From: Promethearchaeota archaeon
GTDB lineage: Archaea; Asgardarchaeota; Lokiarchaeia; Sigyniarchaeales; SOKP01
Reading direction: 5' to 3'
Assembly: GCA_048940645.1 (NCBI GenBank)
Contig: JBHLOI010000006.1
Coordinates: 32,001-96,000, forward strand
DNA: 64,000 bases
Made by a program: the position numbers and the translations under genes
In this document: in pieces, positions 47,456 to 57,163 of the stretch
How the letters are laid out: each line of letters starts with the position of its first letter
Position numbering within the stretch: the first letter of the stretch is position 1
The notes under the pieces: model-generated
What the model was told of the DNA's origin: nothing
Database searches by the model: none
Seen by the model: the letters and a program-made list of their open reading frames with translations, nothing else

Positions 47456-48655
47456 TTATCCAATTTGTGAATCCAAATATGATACGGTTTCATAACAAAT
47501 ACCTAAACATCCATTCAAAATCTTATTTGAACATTTATCTGGAGTATCTCTTATAGAATGAATATATTTTGAATCCTTATCTGAATGGAAACACGCAACC
47601 TGAAAAGAACTTTTATTTTTCTTGCTATAACGTCGAAATGAAATATAATCACCTGCTGGTTTACGGGCTTTATCATAAACTTCTAAAGGTATATTTATTT
47701 TCTGTGCGGATTGTTGAATTATTATATTTAAATTCTTATTAAGTGCTTTTTTTCTAATTAGTCCCTTTCTATTAAAGAGTCCTATATAAGTACCTACCAT
47801 ATCTATATTAATATTCATAGATTTGTTGAGATCATATTTATTTTTGAGATAATATTTATTTTTTTTAATGTAGTTTTTTGAACCCTTCAAGCCCCATTCT
47901 TCTGCTCCACACCAAACAAATAATGCATCATAATTTTCAAGCGGTTTATTTTTTATTAACTTTGCTAACTCAATTAAAATAGAAACCCCACTTGCATTGT
48001 CTATTGAACCAGTTGATTTATTAGCAATAAAGAAAAATAAAAAAGTTGGAATTACTACACTTAAAGAAATTATTGAAATAATACTAACTAGATAAATAAA
48101 AACAACATTATAAACGGTAATTGAAAACAAATTAAGTGCTATCCAAATTGAAACAAACATATTTAGACCAATATATGGTAAGATAACAATTCGAATTATG
48201 AATAATAATGCATTTTGAACTTTATAAGAGATTCTTGAAGATACAGAATCATAATGAGCAGAAAAAATAATAACTGGTCTGTTTTTTACTCTCCTTCTAG
48301 CTTTTATGGTAGCGATTAAGTTTTTAGATTGTTCTTTTTTTGTAAACGAGATCTTCCTAGTTTTTTGAAACATGTATTTAATAAAAAAAAAGAGTACAAT
48401 TACTAAGAATAGACGAAAAACAAGTAAATATGCTAATACCATTAAATAAATAGTTTTCATTAAAAATCTTATTGGACTACTCCATGCAAAATATTCCAAT
48501 TTAAAATTAATCCCATTATCATTAAGTTCTTCTTGCATATAATTAACAGCTTTTGTTTCTCCTACCGTTGCTGCCGAGCGATCAAATGCTAAAAGATTAA
48601 CATGTTTAATGGTATCTAATTCATCAATTATTTTTTGTTCTAATACAACCACCAT
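47456..48655 (-). CDS. Membrane-embedded M28-family Zn peptidase
   Basis: SAHYDS, GSIDNASGV, GAEEWGLKGS, NIDMVG, YIHSIRDT with inserted TM segments. Confidence 0.88.
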   Translation of the reverse strand: MVVVLEQKIIDELDTIKHVNLLAFDRSAATVGETKAVNYMQEELNDNGINFKLEYFAWSSPIRFLMKTIYLMVLAYLLVFRLFLVIVLFFFIKYMFQKTRKISFTKKEQSKNLIATIKARRRVKNRPVIIFSAHYDSVSSRISYKVQNALLFIIRIVILPYIGLNMFVSIWIALNLFSITVYNVVFIYLVSIISIISLSVVIPTFLFFFIANKSTGSIDNASGVSILIELAKLIKNKPLENYDALFVWCGAEEWGLKGSKNYIKKNKYYLKNKYDLNKSMNINIDMVGTYIGLFNRKGLIRKKALNKNLNIIIQQSAQKINIPLEVYDKARKPAGDYISFRRYSKKNKSSFQVACFHSDKDSKYIHSIRDTPDKCSNKILNGCLGICYETVSYLDSQIG

Positions 48656-48963
48656 TTCATCTCAATTTATAATTTTATTGATCCTTTATAATGTTAATTA
48701 TGTTAGAATTTGAGTAAGAAATAATTTTTAATTATATTTATCAAGATATATATTTTTTAAAAAGCAACTCAGAAAGATTAATTTTGAAATATATTGATTT
48801 TCCAATAAAAAAACTAGTTAAATATTTTCATAATACGTAAATTCTGATTATTTTTACATTACAACAAAAAAATGGTAAAACTTATAAGTTTACAAATTAA
48901 CAAAAATAATTAACTACTAATCTATTAAAAATAAAAAATCAAAAATCATTAAGTGATATAAAT

Positions 48964-50739
48964 ATGGAAATGGAAAAGAAAAATGTAGCAATCATTATTC
49001 TTGCCATAGCATTAATCGCCTCAGGCGTAGGCAACATTATACTTGTTGTACAACCAGAATTAGTAGCTCCAACAGCAACACGGGTTGTTAAATTCGGTAA
49101 CATGTATATAGCTGAGGATATTGATCCTCAATATTCCTGGGATTCCGCTTCTTTTGATGCGGAGATGATGGTCTGGGAACAATTATTCAAGAATAATTTA
49201 ACTGCCCCTGCCCTTGGAGTTAATATGGAAGCATTTCCCTTACTAGCAACTGATATGGGTACTTACGATGTAACAGGAACAGAATTAACTGTTAACCTTA
49301 AACCAGGAGTTTTGTTCCACGATGGCACCCCTTGTGATGCCGATGCTGTTGTATGGAGTTTTATGAGATTATTATACTTGATGAATACCACATGGAATGG
49401 TGGTCCTCATCCTTGGGGCCCTCTACCAGGTACCGTCTTTTATAACATCCCAACTATTGTCGATTCCTTATATTATGTTGGTGGTGTTCCAATCATTGAA
49501 AATGTTGAAGCCATTACCTCAACACAGGTAAAATTTACTTTAAGTCAACCTTATGGGGTTTTCCGTGCTTTATTAACATTTCCAGCATCATCTATCATGT
49601 CTCCTACTTCTACACCACAATACGACTATATTAATCCTGCTTTAGTTGATACAGGTATCTGTGTTGGAACTGGTCCTATGGAAATACTAAAACTTGAAAC
49701 TTATGAAGTAAGATTCAAGGCTTTTGAAAATTATCATCGACCAAGAATTGGTTTTGATGTTTTAGTACATGTTAAAATCCAAGATGGTGATGCCAGAAAT
49801 ATGGCAGTACTTTCTGGTGCGGTAGATATTATAACAGATCCTTTCTTCTCATACTTCCCTACAATGGATGCTGAACCAGAAGTTACTCTATTAAATACAG
49901 GTACAGTAAATTCTATTACCCAATACATGGGTATTAATAACAAATGGTACAACATAACATGGAGAAATGTATTTTCATATGCATTTAACTATACTGGAGT
50001 AATTGATGGTATAATGGAAGGCTATGGAGTTAGAATGAAAACACCCGTACCGCCAGGTATTAAGTATCATAACGACACATTCGATTGCCCAACCTATAAT
50101 CTTGCAACGGCTAGATCATATATGCAGAGCATGGGTTATGGAATTGGATTTACTACAGATGCAGAATGGGAGGCAGCAACTTTTCTAACTGTCAACTATA
50201 CCTATAACACTGGCAATTTAGTCAGAGAAGGTGTATACGATATATTAGAACAAGCCTTTGATAAAGTTGGAATAGTTGTAGAGGATGCGGGCATGACTTG
50301 GGAAGATTTCAAGGACCGATTATACAATAGAAGGGTATCAAGTGCCGGCTATAATGCTATGCATCTTTGGTGGGTCGGATGGATCCCTGACTATAACGAT
50401 CCTGAGAACTTTTTCAACCCATTAATGCATCCTGATTCATCCAGTAACGCTGCTCAAGTAAATGATGCTTATCTAAATGGATTAATGGCAGCAGGAATCT
50501 CTACAACTGATGAACAGGCAAGAAAACACATTTATTGGGAGGCTCAACGATACGTCGTTGAAGATCTCAGACATTGGCTATTCGGCTACCATGGAGAGAA
50601 TTTTGATACCTTTGACAAAGACCTTAAAGGATGGGTTGGCAATCCAATCGGATATAATGATTTCTACGGAACTTACTGGGACGGAAAACTTTTACCAGGC
50701 GAATACGGATATATGGAAGATGGATATATCCCTACCTAA
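48964..50739 (+). CDS. Oligopeptide/dipeptide ABC transporter substrate-binding protein (family 5)
   Basis: N-terminal anchor; DIDP, LKPGVLFHDGTPCDADAVVWSF, GTGP, GWIPDYNDP. Confidence 0.93.
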   Translation: MEMEKKNVAIIILAIALIASGVGNIILVVQPELVAPTATRVVKFGNMYIAEDIDPQYSWDSASFDAEMMVWEQLFKNNLTAPALGVNMEAFPLLATDMGTYDVTGTELTVNLKPGVLFHDGTPCDADAVVWSFMRLLYLMNTTWNGGPHPWGPLPGTVFYNIPTIVDSLYYVGGVPIIENVEAITSTQVKFTLSQPYGVFRALLTFPASSIMSPTSTPQYDYINPALVDTGICVGTGPMEILKLETYEVRFKAFENYHRPRIGFDVLVHVKIQDGDARNMAVLSGAVDIITDPFFSYFPTMDAEPEVTLLNTGTVNSITQYMGINNKWYNITWRNVFSYAFNYTGVIDGIMEGYGVRMKTPVPPGIKYHNDTFDCPTYNLATARSYMQSMGYGIGFTTDAEWEAATFLTVNYTYNTGNLVREGVYDILEQAFDKVGIVVEDAGMTWEDFKDRLYNRRVSSAGYNAMHLWWVGWIPDYNDPENFFNPLMHPDSSSNAAQVNDAYLNGLMAAGISTTDEQARKHIYWEAQRYVVEDLRHWLFGYHGENFDTFDKDLKGWVGNPIGYNDFYGTYWDGKLLPGEYGYMEDGYIPT

Positions 50740-50780
50740 TCTAGAGGATACCAGATATACATAATTAATCAAATTAAATT

Positions 50781-50820
50781 ATATTTTTTTTTTATTATTT
50801 TTTATTATTTTCATTATTTT
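50781..50820 (+). terminator. T-rich archaeal terminator-like tract after the substrate-binding protein gene
   Basis: TTTTTTTTTTATTATTTTTTATTATTTT about 40 nt downstream of the stop codon. Confidence 0.45.
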
Positions 50821-50828
50821 CAGATTAA

Positions 50829-51106
50829 GACTACAAAAGAAAGAACCCCAAAGAACCAATTAAACTATTTAGAGATGGTGTTCAGATTTTTGAACAGAAT
50901 GTATTAGGGATAATTTTAAAAAGTAAGAAATTAAAGAATTATTTAAAAAATATATGAAAAAGTAATCTGAATTAAATGCGGTATTAACGATTTTTGGAAT
51001 CAATTCTACTGTTAAAGCTGCCAAAATTTGCACAGATTCAGTCACTTATTCGAAACCTAATAATTTTGAAGATTTGGTATTAGATCGCGGAGGTATATTG
51101 GTATGA
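50829..51106 (+). pseudogene. Probable degraded 3' end of a gene coupled to the downstream ORF
   Basis: DYKRKNPKEPIKLFRDGVQIFEQNVLGIILKSKKLKNYL, then a frameshift in an A-run and a TAA, then SELNAVLTIFGINSTVKAAKICTDSVTYSKPNNFEDLVLDRGGILV*; the stop overlaps the next ATG (ATGA). Confidence 0.45.
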
Positions 51107-51960
51107 GCTCAAAAGGTTTATTTAAAAGTCCCCCACCTAAATTAAAATCATTTAAAAATGATATTGCTCCAATTGGGTTTTATTTTGATCTATTTGCCCC
51201 CGATCTATTTAAAATTCCTGTAATGCCCGTTCCAATGAGAATTGATAAAATTTCAAACGGAATGCCCACTTTAATTATTTTTCCTAACATTATTAAATTA
51301 AATAGCTTATGTCAACAGTTAAATCTATCTATCAACTACGAGCTATTTTTCTTTATCGGACTTAAAAATCTAATAAATTACACAAAAAAGAAATATAAAG
51401 AAATAACATATCGAGCATTAGGAGAAAATAAAGTTATAGATTGGTTTAATTATTCAAAGATAATAACCGCAGATATTTCTTATCTTACAAATGATTTTAC
51501 GTTTTTAACTTCTGAATTTCTAAAATTATATTCAAAAATTGATTTTAATAAGGATATAGAAGAATATCATCCTGAATTTATCCAATATTGCGATAGAATA
51601 ATTAATTTTTTAAAACATCGAATAGAAAATAATATATTAGAAGATGAATCTGAAAATATTATTAAAACTGAAAAATTATATGAGGAAAGGGAAAATAAAT
51701 ATTTTCCAAATATAATTTCTCTAAAAATTTATAATTCTAATATAAAAAAATGGAAAACTATGAATTTCATTCCGTATTTGATATATGATGATCTGTTTGA
51801 TTCATTTTCCTATAACAAGAAATTATTAGATGGAGAAAATCATCCACTGTTTGATTTACAATTATGGAAAGAAAATAATATAATTAATAACGGATCGAAA
51901 ACTAATGAATTTGATTTTAAAAAATTTCTAAATGGTCTTAATATAAAAGATTTAAAGTAG
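51103..51960 (+). CDS. Hypothetical protein
   Basis: 285-aa ORF with a GGAGGT SD; conserved-looking N-terminus (PDLFKIPVMPVPMRIDK). No family recognised. Confidence 0.7.
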   Translation: MSSKGLFKSPPPKLKSFKNDIAPIGFYFDLFAPDLFKIPVMPVPMRIDKISNGMPTLIIFPNIIKLNSLCQQLNLSINYELFFFIGLKNLINYTKKKYKEITYRALGENKVIDWFNYSKIITADISYLTNDFTFLTSEFLKLYSKIDFNKDIEEYHPEFIQYCDRIINFLKHRIENNILEDESENIIKTEKLYEERENKYFPNIISLKIYNSNIKKWKTMNFIPYLIYDDLFDSFSYNKKLLDGENHPLFDLQLWKENNIINNGSKTNEFDFKKFLNGLNIKDLK

Positions 51961-51971
51961 GGAATGTTAGT

Positions 51972-52427
51972 ATGAAAAAAAAAATTGAAATTGGACGACA
52001 AGCTAAATTTATTCTAGCATGTTTATTAATTCATTTTTTATACTTTGGATATATATGTAATGTATATGAAAAATCAATCGGAGAGAATATTCTCTTTTTG
52101 TATAAAGTAATGTTTAATCCCCAATCATATTTATCGCTAATTATTTTATTTGGTATTATTTTTATTACTGTATTCAGAGAAAGATTTTTTGAATATGGGA
52201 TGAGAAATAGTATGTGGTTAATTCTGTTTATAATATTCGAATCCTGGATATGGTATTGGTTTATTAATGGATTTGATATTCTCATAATTTTTACATTTTT
52301 TACAAGGTATGAAGCTTATATATCAATTCTATCATTAGTAGGTGTAAATTTACTATCAGCATTTCTTGGCGCTATTTTAAAAGAAAAATATTTAAAGTAT
52401 CTTGAAAAAGTTAAAACAGTTTCCTAA
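51972..52427 (+). CDS. Small four-TM membrane protein
   Basis: Four hydrophobic segments; lies directly upstream of the permease genes. Confidence 0.75.
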   Translation: MKKKIEIGRQAKFILACLLIHFLYFGYICNVYEKSIGENILFLYKVMFNPQSYLSLIILFGIIFITVFRERFFEYGMRNSMWLILFIIFESWIWYWFINGFDILIIFTFFTRYEAYISILSLVGVNLLSAFLGAILKEKYLKYLEKVKTVS

Positions 52428-52433
52428 TCTATC

Positions 52434-52453
52434 AAAAAAAAAAAAAAAAAAAA
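52434..52453 (+). repeat. Poly(A)20 homopolymer
   Basis: 20 consecutive A followed by GAAAAGAAAAAAA, upstream of the OppB-like gene. Confidence 0.9.
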
Positions 52454-52492
52454 GAAAAGAAAAAAATTTTATATAGGGTGATCTAATAATCT

Positions 52493-53509
52493 ATGAGTAT
52501 GATCAATTATATCTTCAAAAGAGTTCTAAGTATGATACCAGTGTTATTTGGCGCTTTACTTCTAACATTTGTTCTTTCTAGAGCCATGCCCGGTGATCCG
52601 GTTTCAGCGTACCTCCCTGCCAGAGCCACTCCTGAACAATATTGGGAAGCATACTATGCATATGGATTTCATCTTCCCATCTGGCAACAATTCTTTATAT
52701 ACCTTGGGAATATATTCACAGGAAATTGGGGTAATTCTATAAATGTTGCTAAAGGTGTACCAGTTTGGGATTTAATTTGGGAGCGACTACCCAGAACAAT
52801 AGATATTACTCTCTTCTCGATGATTATTGCTGCATTTATAGGAATTAAAACTGGAGTAATTTCAGCAAAGCATCGAAATAAATGGAGGGATACGGTTTTT
52901 AGAGGTACAGCCCTTATTGGTGTATCAATCCCTGTTTTTTGGTTAGGGTTATTATTGCAATATTTTATCTCTTATCAATTGGGTTGGTTACCTAATATGC
53001 ACTTTAAAGATGCTGGATATCCAGATCCTCCTGTAGTTACGGGTTTTAGAATAATTGATTCGTTAATATCAGGACAGTGGTACTTAGTAGGGGATTATTT
53101 AGTCCACCTAGCGCTACCAGTCTTCTCTTTATCGTTTATTTTTCTCGCATCAATTACACGGCAAACTCGATCAAGTATGCTTGAAGTTCTTCAACAAGAT
53201 TATATAAGAACTGCTCGTGCAAAAGGGTGTAAAGAAAAAGATGTAATTAAGAAGCATGCTCGGAAGAACGCATTAATACCAACTATAACAATCATTGGAT
53301 TAAACGTCGGAGGGTTATTAGGCGGAGCATTTTTAACAGAAACAACTTTTAATTTATTTGGAGTAGGTAATCTTTTGTTAGAGGCTATTACAGGTAATGA
53401 TTATAATACCCTTAATGCGATTGTAGTTATGACAACGTTAGTTTTTATTATTGTGAATTTATTTGTGGATATAATTTACGCCTATTTAGATCCTCGAATA
53501 AAATATTAA
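52493..53509 (+). CDS. oppB: Oligopeptide ABC transporter permease (OppB/DppB)
   Basis: MPGDPV, GVSIPVFWLG, EAA loop QDYIRTARAKG, YAYLDPRI. Confidence 0.95.
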   Translation: MSMINYIFKRVLSMIPVLFGALLLTFVLSRAMPGDPVSAYLPARATPEQYWEAYYAYGFHLPIWQQFFIYLGNIFTGNWGNSINVAKGVPVWDLIWERLPRTIDITLFSMIIAAFIGIKTGVISAKHRNKWRDTVFRGTALIGVSIPVFWLGLLLQYFISYQLGWLPNMHFKDAGYPDPPVVTGFRIIDSLISGQWYLVGDYLVHLALPVFSLSFIFLASITRQTRSSMLEVLQQDYIRTARAKGCKEKDVIKKHARKNALIPTITIIGLNVGGLLGGAFLTETTFNLFGVGNLLLEAITGNDYNTLNAIVVMTTLVFIIVNLFVDIIYAYLDPRIKY

Positions 53510-53539
53510 ATTTTATAATTCAAAAAGGTGAAAAGAATA

Positions 53540-54550
53540 ATGAAACAAGAAGTAAGTCTAGAAGAATTAGAGGGAGAGCTAGAACCTGAAGAAGAGAAAA
53601 GCGCTAGTAAAGCTGTTTTTAGTTGGTTCTTCAAAAATATTAAGTTTCTTCTTATTCCTGCTTCGAGGTTAGAAGAACTTACGATTCGAGAACGCGAATA
53701 TGAAAAAACTGTAAGTAAAAGAAGATTTCTTAAAAGATTGAAATCGACATTAACAGTTGTTGGAATTATTCTGGTGCTTTATGTCATAACTCTAGCCATA
53801 TTTGGCCCTTGGATTTCTCCATATACTTTTGAACAAGCTGACGCTGTATATGGTGTATATTGGACACCACCTTCTCCAAATCATCCTTTAGGAACCACCT
53901 ATATGGGACGGGACGTATATGCAAGAATGATATATGGAGCCAGAGCTTCATTAACTATGGCCTTACCCGCAATAGGAGTAAGCCTTGGTGCGGGTATTAT
54001 TCTTGGAGTAATATCTGCTTATCAAGGTGGTTGGGTCGATACGCTAATTATGAGGATTTTTGATGTTATGCTTGCCTTCCCTGCGTTAATCTTTGCTATC
54101 GTTATAGTATCAATCTTTGGAAGACAATTGAATAATATTATTATGGCTTATGGTATTCTTGGAATTCCTTATTATTCACGATTAATAAGGGGAAATGTAT
54201 TACAGGCAAAAGAATTGCCATATGTACAAGCGGCAAAGGTAGCTGGTGCGAAAAACTGGAGAATCATGTTTAAACATATTTTACCAAATACCATCCAACC
54301 AATAATTATATCATTTACATTGGATATCGGAGGAGTTATCTTAAGTTTTGCTGGTCTTGCATTTCTGGGTTATAGTGATCCAGATTTAATAGAATGGGGA
54401 AGAGATATTAATTTAGCTCGGGGTCATATTTTATCAGCACCATGGGCATCACTTTGGCCAGGAGTGATGATTATCATCACAGTGCTAGGGTTCATGTTAC
54501 TAGGAGATGGGTTACGAGATGCTCTCGATCCAAGATTGAAGAATTTATAA
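53540..54550 (+). CDS. oppC: Oligopeptide ABC transporter permease (OppC/DppC)
   Basis: HPLGTTYMGRDVYARMIYGAR, YVQAAKVAGA, LGDGLRDALDPR. ATG 53540 follows AGGTGA (the track's GTG lies inside the SD). Confidence 0.95.
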   Translation: MKQEVSLEELEGELEPEEEKSASKAVFSWFFKNIKFLLIPASRLEELTIREREYEKTVSKRRFLKRLKSTLTVVGIILVLYVITLAIFGPWISPYTFEQADAVYGVYWTPPSPNHPLGTTYMGRDVYARMIYGARASLTMALPAIGVSLGAGIILGVISAYQGGWVDTLIMRIFDVMLAFPALIFAIVIVSIFGRQLNNIIMAYGILGIPYYSRLIRGNVLQAKELPYVQAAKVAGAKNWRIMFKHILPNTIQPIIISFTLDIGGVILSFAGLAFLGYSDPDLIEWGRDINLARGHILSAPWASLWPGVMIIITVLGFMLLGDGLRDALDPRLKNL

Positions 54551-54604
54551 TTTTTTATTTTTTTTAAAAAAATACAATTAGATTAAGATTGATGATTAAG
54601 AATA

Positions 54605-55852
54605 ATGGAAAATGTAGAAGAAAAACAAGTGTTTAAAGAAGAGGTATCATCAATAAAAAAAGAGACAAAGAAACTACTTGAGGTTAAAAATCTAAAAACC
54701 TACTTTTACACCGAAGAGGGTGTTGTAAAAGCGGTAGATGGTGTTTCTTTTGATATGTATGAGGATGAAGTCCTCGGTTTGGTAGGTGAAACAGGTTGTG
54801 GAAAATCGGTTACGGCACTCTCCATTATAGGCCTTGTAAGGGAACCAGGAAAGATAATTGACGGATCTATAAAGCTTAAAGGTGTAGATCTACTGGATCT
54901 AGAAGAAAAAAGAATGAGGGATCATAGAGGCAAAGATATTACTATGATCTTCCAAGATCCTTTAAATTCACTAAATCCAGTTATGTCAGCTGGAGTACAA
55001 ATCGGAGAAGTCTTTTTACTTCATCAAGAAGATGAACTTAGGAGATTTCTGGATGAAAGAATTCTAGAAAGGAAACAGATAATTGAAGAACGTAAAGAAT
55101 TAATGGAAGCATTAAAGGATAAAGAATTATCAGAAGATCAAAAAGAGGATATTAAACTTAAAATTAAAGAAGTTAAAGAAAAGCAACCCAAAATACCAAA
55201 CCTAAAAGATGTATTAAATGATAAAGTAGAAAAAATCATTAAAGAAGTGGGTATTGCAGATGCGAAGGGAATATTAAAAAGATATCCACATGAACTTAGC
55301 GGTGGAATGAGACAACGCATAATGATTGCTATGGCGCTCTCTTGCGAACCGATGTTATTAATTGCTGATGAACCAACAACTGCTTTAGATGTTACCATTC
55401 AGGCTCAAATTTTAGATTTGATGAAAGATTTAAAAAATAAATTTAATACTTCTATACTGATGATTACTCACGATTTAGGAATTATTGCAGATTTATGCGA
55501 TAGAGTCGCAGTGATGTATAGTGGTAATATAGTTGAGTATGCTACTGCAGAACGCTTATTTAAAAACCCTCGGCATCCATATACACAAGGATTAATTGGA
55601 GCAATTCCTAGTATTGAAAAAAAAGACCAAAAGTTAAGGGTTATTCGCGGTATGGTTCCTAATTTAATATTTCCTCCATCAGGGTGTAGATTTCATCCTA
55701 GATGTAATCATAGAATGGAAATATGTGATAAAATAAAACCGAAACTGAATGAAATTGGTGAAAGATATTTTGTAGCATGTCATCTTTTTGATCCAAAATA
55801 TCAGGATTCACCCAAATATGATTGGAGTAAAGACAATATTGAAATTCCATAA
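54605..55852 (+). CDS. oppD: Oligopeptide ABC transporter ATPase (OppD/DppD) with coiled-coil insertion
   Basis: GETGCGKS, IFQDP, YPHELSGGMRQR, IADEPTTALD, HPYT, C-terminal GCRFHPRC...C...C. Confidence 0.95.
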   Translation: MENVEEKQVFKEEVSSIKKETKKLLEVKNLKTYFYTEEGVVKAVDGVSFDMYEDEVLGLVGETGCGKSVTALSIIGLVREPGKIIDGSIKLKGVDLLDLEEKRMRDHRGKDITMIFQDPLNSLNPVMSAGVQIGEVFLLHQEDELRRFLDERILERKQIIEERKELMEALKDKELSEDQKEDIKLKIKEVKEKQPKIPNLKDVLNDKVEKIIKEVGIADAKGILKRYPHELSGGMRQRIMIAMALSCEPMLLIADEPTTALDVTIQAQILDLMKDLKNKFNTSILMITHDLGIIADLCDRVAVMYSGNIVEYATAERLFKNPRHPYTQGLIGAIPSIEKKDQKLRVIRGMVPNLIFPPSGCRFHPRCNHRMEICDKIKPKLNEIGERYFVACHLFDPKYQDSPKYDWSKDNIEIP

Positions 55853-55899
55853 AAATTAATTTAATATATAACATAATAAAGAAGGTAAGGAAGAAGAAT

Positions 55900-57039
55900 A
55901 TGACAGTAGCTGAGGAGAAAATAGAAACTTCCACAAGTAGCAGAAAGGTCATCTTATCAGTAAGGGATCTTAAAACCTATTATCCAATATACGGTGGGCT
56001 TTTTAAGAGAAGAATTGCAGATGTTAAAGCAGTTGATGGAGTTACCTTTAATATGTACGAGGGTGAGACTCTAGGTATAGTCGGAGAAAGCGGATGCGGT
56101 AAAACTTCAATAGGAAATACTATTTTAAACTTAGTTAAGCCTACAGACGGAGAAGTCATTTATCGAAATAAAAAACTAATTATTTCTAAAAAGCTACATA
56201 AAAAACAAATGAAAGAAAAGGTAAAACCTAAAGTAAGGCTAACTAAATTACAAAAAAAAGAAGCTAGAGCGATTGAATATACCACGGAGATTCGGAAAAA
56301 AATTCAAATGGTATTCCAAGATCCAGATTCATCTTTAAATCCTCGTTGGAAAATTGTAAATATTATCGGTGAACCACTTAGAATATTAGAGGGAATGAAA
56401 AAAAGAAATAGAATTCGCGCTAGGGTTCTTGAATTATTAGAAACTGTCTCAATGAAAGCGGAGCACTTAGATCGGTATCCTCACGAATTTTCAGGAGGTC
56501 AAAAACAAAGAATAGTTATTGCTAGAGCTCTTGCCTGTAATCCTGATATAATGATTTTAGATGAACCAACTTCTGCCTTAGACGTATCAGTTCAAGCACA
56601 AATATTAAACCTTTTAAGAGATCTTCAATCTCAATTCAATTTATCTTATATGTTTATAACCCATGATTTAAGTGTAGTGCATCATATAGCTGATAGAATT
56701 GCTGTTATGTATTTAGGTAAATTTGTTGAGAGAGGTCCTATAGAAAAAGTTTTCTATCATCCTGTCCATCCATACACAAAAGCTTTATTATCAGCACGCC
56801 CAACCTTTGATCCTACTTCAAGAATAACTAGGATAATCTTAGAAGGTGATGTACCAAGTCCTATTAACCCTCCCGAGGGATGTGCTTTTAATCCTAGATG
56901 TTATGAAAAAGGTAAGCATATAGGGTGCGGGAAGGAGGATCCTGTTGAGATCAAGATAAGCGAAGATCATTATATCATGTGCAGACCGTTTATCAAAGAA
57001 GAAAAATCTTATGAAGGAATGGAATATATTTCTGATTAA
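55900..57039 (+). CDS. oppF: Oligopeptide ABC transporter ATPase (OppF/DppF)
   Basis: GESGCGKT, YPHEFSGGQKQR, LDEPTSALDVSVQAQ, PSPINPPEGCAFNPRC. Confidence 0.95.
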   Translation: MTVAEEKIETSTSSRKVILSVRDLKTYYPIYGGLFKRRIADVKAVDGVTFNMYEGETLGIVGESGCGKTSIGNTILNLVKPTDGEVIYRNKKLIISKKLHKKQMKEKVKPKVRLTKLQKKEARAIEYTTEIRKKIQMVFQDPDSSLNPRWKIVNIIGEPLRILEGMKKRNRIRARVLELLETVSMKAEHLDRYPHEFSGGQKQRIVIARALACNPDIMILDEPTSALDVSVQAQILNLLRDLQSQFNLSYMFITHDLSVVHHIADRIAVMYLGKFVERGPIEKVFYHPVHPYTKALLSARPTFDPTSRITRIILEGDVPSPINPPEGCAFNPRCYEKGKHIGCGKEDPVEIKISEDHYIMCRPFIKEEKSYEGMEYISD

Positions 57040-57163
57040 AATTTTATAATTTTTTAACTACTTTTTTTAATTATTATTTAACCTTTTATCAATAATCCTT
57101 TCTCTGAAGAGACCAATTTCGTTTTTAATAAAGAAATTAAACAATCAAAAATTAGAAATCAAA

